Assembly (NCBI GenBank): GCA_964016885.1
Contig: OZ024748.1
Location: 21,514,001-21,578,000, forward strand
Direction of reading: 5' to 3'
Source: Eledone cirrhosa
Lineage: Eukaryota
DNA length: 64,000 bases
This document shows, one piece after another, positions 55,540-64,000 of the stretch (positions are counted from its first letter, which is position 1; each line of letters starts with the position of its first letter). The position numbers and the translations under genes are program-made. The notes under the pieces are model-generated. The model was not told the origin of the DNA, did no database searches, and saw only the letters and a program-made list of their open reading frames with translations.

Positions 55540-56070
55540 TGAAATATGTATAATGAAATAAATATGGTTTTATAAATATAGTTTCCATTTGTTAATATAT
55601 TGTATATATATATAACTTATATATATATAACTTATATATATATAACTTATATATATATATATAAGTTATATATATATATATATATATAACTTATATATAT
55701 ACTCTTTTCACATATCCTACCTCCCTACGTAGCTACCTCACCCACACTATCACTACCTTTCCTCAATTTATAAATCAATTTGGTTTAGAATCATTATAAA
55801 CCTCTCCCTCCTCATTACAAGATTATATACTGCTTTGCTAATTAACATTTGATTGTTGTTCATCTGACACTGTTGCATAGGTGCACCTGTCAGATTGCAT
55901 CGTTGCATTCTTGACTAATGATAATGCATCATTACAGTTGCTTTATATATTTATGTCATAGTTATATTTCTATTTTGTTTCTCATTACTGGTCCATCAGT
56001 ACAGACCCATCAACTATATTACCATCATAAGAGTTCTATATCTATGTGTTTATGTGTGGGTGTATATATA

Positions 56071-56114
<44 letters not shown>

Positions 56115-56198
56115 AAAGGTAAACAGAAATAACAACACAATCGGAACAGTATATGGAAGGTATATATTAGGTTAACGCTTGATATAGCAGGAAGAGGG

Positions 56199-56234
56199 TC
56201 TTAACGTTTCGGACGCTAGTCCTTCATCAGAAGA
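56199..56234 (-). ncRNA. Minimal type I hammerhead ribozyme motif (Penelope-type)
   Basis: Minus strand: tctt-CTGATGA-a-ggac-tagc-gtcc-GAAAC-GTT-aaga. Stem I 4 bp, stem II 4 bp, stem III reduced to the palindrome AACGTT. Confidence 0.72.
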
Positions 56235-56331
56235 AAGAATGAGAAATAAAATAGATTAAGGGGACGGGCAGGATGGAATTGGAAAATATGTCTTTAGATA
56301 AAAATAACAGGTCCATTCATGTTGACATCTC

Positions 56332-56383
<52 letters not shown>

Positions 56384-56554
56384 CAAGTTCTTTCTTTGAG
56401 CTATTTCATTGTAAACGACTGCCTGAGTTTTGAACTCTTTATTCATAGTATATATATATATCATCATCATTTTTTTATGTTGAGTTTGCCATTCTGGCAT
56501 GGGTTGCATGGGACTTTTTTGAGGCAATGCTTTGCAACCAGATGCCCTTCTTGA

Positions 56555-57210
56555 CTTGAGTGGGTTGATTAGAGAGTTCCTATATTTTATGAGTAGGTTG
56601 GTTAGAGAGTTCCTATGTTTTGTGAGTGGGTTGGTAGAGAGATCTGTTTTGTGAATGCTTGATTAGAGAGTTCCTATGGTTTGTGAGTGGGTTGGTTAGA
56701 AGGTTCCTATGTTTTGTGAGTGGGTTGGATAGAGAGTTCCTATGTTTTGTGAGTGGTTTGGTTAGAGAGTTTCTATGTTTTGTGAGTGGGTTGGTTAGAA
56801 GGTTCCTATGTTTTGTGAATGGTTTGGTTAGAGAGTTCCTATGTTTTGTGAGTGGTTTGGTTAGAGAGTTCCTATATTTTGTGAGTGGTTTGGTTAGAGA
56901 GTTCCTATGTTTTGTGAATGCGTTGGTTAGAGAGTTCCTATGTTTTGTGAGTGGTTTGATTAGAGAGTTCCTATGTTTTGTGAGTGGGTTGGTTAGAGAG
57001 TTCCTATATTTTGTGAATGGGTTGGTTAGAGAGTTCCTATGTTTTGTGAATGGTTTGGTTAGAGAGTTCCTATATTTTGTGAGTGGGTTGGTTAGAGAGT
57101 TCCTATATTTTGTGAGTGGGTTGGTTAGAGAGTTCCTATGTTTTGTGAATGGGTTGGTTAGAGAGTTCCTATATTTTGTGAGTGGGTTGGTTAGAGAGTT
57201 ACTATGTTTT
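56555..57210. repeat. 33-bp minisatellite, about 20 copies
   Basis: GTGGGTTGGTTAGAGAGTTCCTATGTTTTGTGA units. Confidence 0.93.
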
Positions 57211-58760
57211 AATCAAAAAGGACTTCTGGAACCCAAATGACAGCATTGAAGTTTTTAATACATTTTTTTTTCGATTTTTGGTGGTGAGGGAGGAAGAGGG
57301 GTTGCCAGTAATTAATGGTAAAAACCTATCAATAAATCACCAATTTATCCACAACAATGCCTTACAACAAAAATTCTAATTCCCTTCAGATTATTTTGTC
57401 TGTTTGTTTCTTTTTAATGCTTTCTTGTCAACCGTTGCCAGTATGGAAAGTAGAGATGATGATAATGATGTCAGTTGTACCCCAGAAGTTTGTGTATTGT
57501 AGGAGGAGATCAAATAATACTCCAGACATTTTCTTTCAAAGAAGCTTCTTAACCTGTGTATTGGCATATCCTTTATCACACATATTAGAGTTTGTCTTTT
57601 TTTTTATATTTATTCCAAAGAGTTAGCTTCTTCTCTCTAATGCCAATACATAAAAAATTATTGACATTTAAAGTAGAAAAGAACCGGACCATTAACTTGG
57701 CAGGGAAGATTATAGAAACTATAATTAAGAAGACTTTAATAGAACTCTTAATCAATATTGTTGTTTTGTTTTCTGTGAAAGAACTATATTGGGGGGGGGG
57801 GGGGCTTTTTTGTTGATTTTTTTTTGGTGAAAGAACGTTATTTTTTAAAGTGTTTAACTCTTAACATCTTAAAATGATTTAGTAGAAATTATCTAAAAAA
57901 TGGATTTGTCAAATCAAATGTTTATAGCATCTTTACTGGTGGACAGATTGTGGGAACAATTTTCAGCAAACTACAGACTGTGTTGCTGTCTTAGTGCTGT
58001 TTTATACTTTTTGAGAATATTATTTTAATGTGGTTTTATGCAGTTTGTTGATTCAAATGTTTATAGTATCTTTATTACTGAACAAATCGTTATGAAAATA
58101 CACAACAAATTAAAGGCTTTAATTTTTAATGTGATGCTCCTGTCATAATGCTGTTTTGTACTTTTCAAGAATGCCTTGTTAATGTGGTTGCGTGTGGTAC
58201 AGGATAGTAAAAGTTAAATTTTACCTAAAACCTGTACATGGAACAGTATGGACCCATAATTCCTGAGGGAGTCGTAGAGACGCTATATTGATATACGGCA
58301 TTTTTTAGAGTATTTTTTAAACCTGGCAGAGCCCATCTCCTCTCCAGGTTTGAATACAGCATATTTCTTCCAGAGAGGGATAGAGAGTGAGAGAGAATGG
58401 AAGTGAGAAAGAGATATAGAGGAAGAATCAACTCCAGTAGTAGACTGGTACTTTTGTTATTGACCTTGAATGGATGAAAGGGCATAGAGCCAGAACAAAT
58501 ACCACAAACTATTCTATCTGACGTTCTAATGACTCTGCCAATATGTCTACACACACCCAACTTAAATTTGATGATGTGCTTTGTTTGTTTTGTTTTTTCA
58601 CTTTTAGTTACAGTAAATATATTATCTAATGGATTGAAACTGTTTTGCGAAGATAACTGTTTAGATATTAAAATTTGGAATATTTTGGCGGTATCCATTA
58701 TTGTTTTAACTACAATACTTAATAATAATAATTATTATTCTTATTATTATATAAATATAG

Positions 58761-58948
58761 GGCGGTGGATTGGCAGTATCGGGAGAGGATCGGACGCCAT
58801 GCTTTGACATATAGAGCTACGGCCCTTGCCATTCTGAGTTCAAATCCCGCTGAGGTTAACTTTGCCTTTCATCCTTACGGGGGGTCGATAAAATAAAGTA
58901 CCAGTAATGTACTGGGTAATTGTTGGCCTTGTGCCAAAAGTAGAAACA
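58761..58948 (+). mobile_element. Full-length family A SINE with 17-bp TSD
   Basis: GGCGGTGGATTGGCAGTATC...GAGTTCAAATC...GTAGAAACA; [20 protein letters not shown] (58743-58759 and 58949-58965). Confidence 0.92.
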
Positions 58949-59459
58949 ATTATTATATAAATATATGAATTTACACACACACGCACACACACACACACAC
59001 ATATAGCAACAGATATATGTATGCATGCATATGCAAACATAGAGTTCATTTAGGTGGTGGGGGAGGGGGGGCGGTTATTACCTTGAGGGGGTCATGATAA
59101 CATGGTGAATGAGAGAGGAGAGGGGCTACAGAGATCTGTTTGAGAATATGGTTGTACTTTACTTCTAGAGAAATTGTTGGCACATGTTTTCTCCAGAGGA
59201 CACAATGTTTTCGTTCTCTATATGTAAACAGACTTTGTCTGGCTCGCTGCGTAGATTATACCATTTTTCTATTCTTTTACTCTTTTACTGGCTTCAGCCA
59301 TTAGACTGGCCATGCTAGGGCACCACCTTAAAATCTGTCATGTTAAGCAACAGGACATAAACACTGACACACACTCACATACACACACGTGCACACATAC
59401 GTACATACACACACACATACACATGTGCACGCATATAGACACACACACACACACACGTG

Positions 59460-59504
<45 letters not shown>

Positions 59505-59679
59505 TAAGTATGAATACGAAGCTCGGTGTAGATGTGTAAAAATCCTTTATTAACAAAGCTGTGATACACATTTTGATCACGTAACCGACCATGCTACATC
59601 ATCATACAGCATCTTGTGTAATAAGGTTACGTTGCCAAGGCAATATAAACTAAAGACAAGGGAACAGACAGATAAGATG

Positions 59680-59965
59680 TGGAGGTATGTGGCCTAGTGG
59701 TAAGGGTGTTGGACTTACGATCATAATGTTGTGGGTTCGTTTACTGGGCTGGGTTATGTGTTGTGTTTCTTGAGCTTAACACTTCATTTCACGTTGCTCC
59801 AGTATACTCAGCTGAAAATGAGTACCACCAATAGCTGGGGGGGGGGGGGTAACCCTGCGATGGACTGGCGTCCTGTCCGGCGGGGAGGCTTGTACTCTCA
59901 GTCGCTTCACACCATGAAACCGGGATAAGCACCAGCCAAATGAGCCTTCAGACTTAGACAGGGAT
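59680..59965 (+). mobile_element. Family B SINE
   Basis: Matches 15394-15675 over its full length. Confidence 0.85.
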
Positions 59966-60071
59966 AAGATGTTATTAAGTGAGACTAATAAAACCATTAT
60001 TCAACATAGTAGTCAATTCTTTAAAGAAAATAGTGTAGATATTATTTCATAATATAAATGTGTGTGTGTCC

Positions 60072-60301
60072 CTTAATCAGATCTGCACAACATATGCCAG
60101 AACAGCCCATCATCTCGATCAATGGAAAATGAAAGATAGCCCAGCATGTGACTGTGGGGACCCTGACCAGACAGCGCAGCGTGTTGTTCGGGATTGGATT
60201 GCCTGGAGGCAATCCCTAATACTGCAACTGACACCTTTGTCTGGCTCACCCCTCACAATCTGTCTCTCTAAACATTGTACATATGTCATACAACAAGAAG
60301 A
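60072..60301 (+). mobile_element. Ingi/Vingi-like (I-group) LINE 3' fragment
   Basis: LNQICTTYARTAHHLDQWKMKDSPACDCGDPDQTAQRVVRD resembles the LNRxRTG....L..W....SPxCxCG..QT..H...C C-terminal knuckle; CATACAACAAGAAG tail. Confidence 0.7.
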
Positions 60302-61250
60302 TTGAAGATTAGAAATAAGATGTAGGAAATGTTAAAGGAGGTGTATTCAGCTACTGTGTACAGATATAAGCAATAAGATAAAGAAATTATCTTTGTAATC
60401 ACATGGTTCTGGTTTCAATCCTGCAGTGCAGTTCTTTAGATAAGTGTCCTCAAACTTAACTTTGGATCAATCAAAGCAATATTCCTTCAACGTTTTAGTA
60501 AGCGGTGTGAGCAAAAATCTACAGGCTGTGGGTTTATCCATGTCTGCTCATGTTTGCCAAACATAAAGTTGAGACATATTTTAAGACCTGCTCTATAGTT
60601 CAACATGTATATAGAGCATTACAACCAAATGAAGATGGTAAATAATGGAAGGCAGCAGATATCATTTTATATTCTCTTTTATCATATCGTATATCATTGG
60701 AAATATCTTTAAATGTTATCTACTCTGTCATATCACATATATCATCAATTTTATTATATATATATGTGTATATATGTGTGAATATATATATATATATATA
60801 TATGCATATATGAACCTAATATAACTGTGTACAATTCCTTCTTGTGTTTTGTTCATTCATTTTCAACTATACACACACACAAACATATATATAGTTATGT
60901 ATATGCCAGCAAGGAAGAAAAGGATATTAGATGACAATGATATATATCATTATCACTGTTTAACATCCATTTTTCCACGCTAGCATGGCTTAGACAAGTT
61001 GTCCTGTTGTGAGAAATGCCAGGTCAGGTGACCATCTCTTGCTCATACAGAACTGATTTGGGTTTGCATACTACAGCTGGATGCCCTTCCTAACACGCCT
61101 ACCACATTTACAGTGAGTACTGGATGTTTTTTGTTGTGACACCTAATATATATATATATATAGTATACATAGCTATGGTATAGGGCCCTTAACTACTGAT
61201 GGTATCATAGAGACGTCATCCTGATACATGGCAGGTCTAGGGCATTTTAA

Positions 61251-61471
61251 ACCTTTAGCATTTACATTACTCTATATTTACTATTGTGTTTTCAGGTAAA
61301 ACACTTTATTTCACATAATTATCTCACATAATATCGAATCTATAAGATTTTTATGTTATTTATTTTGAAAACAATGCCTTAACAGAAATATGAGCAGCCA
61401 GTTATGGCTGGTTTGAACAGAAAGAGGTGAGAGAATTCTAGCTGGATATAGCCGGTTGAAATGCTAAAGGG
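61251..61471 (-). mobile_element. piggyBac-type MITE
   Basis: TTAA-ACCTTTAGCATTT...AAATGCTAAAGGG-TTGA; reverse of the next copy. Confidence 0.85.
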
Positions 61472-61594
61472 TTGAACCTGGCAGAGCACATTCCTCCCCA
61501 GCGCATAACATAGCCACAGAAAGATAGACAGATACAGAAAGGGATAAGGCTAGACAGAAGAACAATCGACCTCAGTACAGAGCTGGTATTTTAA

Positions 61595-61815
61595 CCCTTT
61601 AGCATTTAAACTGGTCATATCCGGCCAGTATTCTCTCACCACTTTCTGTTCAAACCGGCTGTAACTGGTCACTCATACTGACATTAAGGTATTGTTCTCA
61701 AAATATATAACATCAAAATCTTGAAGGTTTGATATTATATGAAATAATTATGTAAAACAAAGCCTTAACCACAAAAATACAATAGTAAATATAAAGTAAT
61801 GTAAATGTTAGAGGG
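61595..61815 (+). mobile_element. piggyBac-type MITE inserted in an older SINE
   Basis: TTAA-CCCTTTAGCATTTA...TAAATGTTAGAGGG-TTAA; the flanks join into a degenerate family A-like SINE. Confidence 0.85.
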
Positions 61816-62726
61816 TTAATTATCAACTTTGAAAGGATGAAAAAGAAAGGTAACGTTGGCGGGGTTTGAACTTAGGGCTCAAAATGCTAAAACAAATCTG
61901 AGTTATTTTTATCTAACAAACTAAAGGCTCTGTCAATTCACTGCATCATATATTTACATATTGTATATATATTTCGTTTCTGAATTGGCAACATGACCCT
62001 CCCAAAGCATAACAATATATATCATCATCATCATCATCATCACCGTTTTACGTCCGTTCTTCCACGCTAGCATGGGTTAGACGGGTTGTCCTGTTGTGGG
62101 CAGTGTCTGGTCGGCTGACCATGCCTTGCTCATACAGGAACTGATTTGGCTTGATTTCTACATATATAATGAAGGAAGTGTGGTAAGGAACCAAGTAGAC
62201 CATAATGCACCAGAGCACTCAATACTTAGGGTAGTAGAGTGGGTAATAGGAAAATGTTCAAGACCCCGACGGCAGAGCTCAAGCCGTTTCGACGGCTAGC
62301 CTTTTCTCTCTATATCGTTATTATTAATATTATTATTGATGTTGTAATTTGAATTTGTAAATTTGCCGGCTACATATATATTTTTTTAACAGTTTCCGAA
62401 GATCTGATAGAGCTAACATCGTATTTAAAATTGAGTGGCACTGCTTTTAGTGTTCAGCAATTTTTAGACAACTTTATCAGTGAAACAATTGTTAGACTGC
62501 AAATAAATCCCCTTTTTTTGTTCTGTTGACCATGTTATTCTTCACTTTTTCAATTTTATTACTCCAAGATAAACTTACATATGAATACAAGTGAAATCAA
62601 AAACCTCTTGTTGAGTCAAGCAACGCCGTACGCTAAAGCTATCGATAATAAGAAGTATTCACAACCTCTAACTGCATTACCTATAACAATATTTTGTTAT
62701 CCTTTATATATGTATATATATTTGTG

Positions 62727-62757
<31 letters not shown>

Positions 62758-62808
62758 ATTTGTGTGTGTATATATATATGTAAATATATATGTATATGTA
62801 TATATATT

Positions 62809-62839
<31 letters not shown>

Positions 62840-62912
62840 ATTTGAGTATATATATATATTTGATATATATATATGTATATATATTTGTGTGTATATATAT
62901 ATATATATGTAT

Positions 62913-63028
62913 AATATAGAAGAGCTTCTACAGGACTAGAACTGTTTCATTCGTGAGAAATCATCAGGGGAGCTCCCTGATGATATCTCACGAATGAAAC
63001 AGTTCTAGTCCTGTAGATCTTCTATATT
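62913..63028. ncRNA. Head-to-head inverted pair of hammerhead motifs forming a ~116-bp palindrome
   Basis: Centre GGGAGCTCCC; each arm reads CTGATGA-t(a/t)tctcacgaat-GAAAC-ag-ttctagtc-ct-GTA. The minus arm continues GAAGCTC, which can pair with the upstream GAGCT. Confidence 0.65.
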
Positions 63029-63268
63029 AAAATTTTTGTACTCCGCTATGTATTGAGTACCTTACTTTCTGTGGTTACCTCCGATTCAACCCGGAATAAC
63101 TTATTATATATATGTATATATATTTGTATGTATATATATATTTGTATATATACATATTTGTGTGTATATATATGTGTGTGTGTATATATGTACATATCTC
63201 AAATGTCCCAAGGCTCTAAAACCATCAACACCAAAAAACACAAAGCTGGCATATCTAAGAACTTACTA

Positions 63269-63324
63269 ACTGCCTGATGAGGTCATAGCCATACAATGGC
63301 TATCATCGAATTATATATAGTAGT
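63269..63324 (+). ncRNA. Hammerhead-like motif with one core substitution
   Basis: actgc-CTGATGA-ggtcatagcca-tacaa-tggctatcatc-GAA(T)-tatata-TA-gtagt, then AATAAA. Stems I and II pair; A15.1 is replaced by T. Confidence 0.6.
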
Positions 63325-63373
63325 AAATAAAAGATTATGAATTCATGCAATTGACTTATGTTTCGTCACTATG

Positions 63374-63432
<59 letters not shown>

Positions 63433-63519
63433 GTATATATATTTGTATATATACATATTTGTATCTATATATATTTGTATGTATACATATTTGTATGTAT
63501 ATACATATGTATATATATT

Positions 63520-63562
<43 letters not shown>

Positions 63563-63668
63563 GTATATATATTTGTGTATATATATATATACATATGTAT
63601 ATATATTTGTGTATATATATATATACACATATATTTATATACACACACACACATCTCTATATATATAT

Positions 63669-63700
<32 letters not shown>

Positions 63701-64000
63701 ATACACATCCTAAAGTATATTGCTAAATTTGATATCCCCCCTCCACTGCTATCATATCATTAGAGATATTCCTAAGTATCTCATCAGTTGAGATATATCT
63801 AAATTTACCTGAGATTAAAACCCTAAAAAAGATATTTCGAGAAATTAAATATTTACATAAACTTAAATATGGCTTTTCTACCTTAATCCCATCCTTCTGA
63901 AAATACAGATGGCATGTCTGATTGCTTTGTTGATTCATGTCTATATGTTTGTGAATATATATATGTGTGTGTGTGAGTGCATGTGTGTCTGTATATATAT

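Noticed and set aside
56659-57240. 193-aa repetitive ORF, and the 160-aa ORF at 31826-32308
   Set aside because: Translations of 33-bp and 48-bp minisatellites whose unit lengths are multiples of three.

Overview
AT-rich, microsatellite-saturated animal genomic DNA. The repeat landscape suggests a cephalopod (Octopus-like) genome, but that is inference. The only protein-coding signal I can support is one internal + strand exon (17729-17981) of a peptide O-xylosyltransferase (XYLT/oxt-like) gene, so most of the window is probably very large introns. The rest is (TA)n/(TATG)n/(CA)n and triplet microsatellites, about a dozen minisatellites (largest: a 7.2-kb array of a 35-bp unit), tRNA-derived SINEs of three types, fragments of RTE, R4/Dong-like and Ingi-like LINEs, a decayed mariner, and piggyBac- and Tc1-type MITEs. 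Two hidden themes stand out. (1) About eight unrelated type I hammerhead-ribozyme motifs (CUGANGA...GAAA, palindromic stem III, NUH), of the kind known from Penelope-like element pLTRs, each in a short island between (TA)n tracts; some are in fold-back palindromes and one is split by a SINE. (2) Several minisatellites that demonstrably grew out of internal pieces of SINEs, a MITE or a hairpin. All long ORFs in the supplied track are repeat artefacts.
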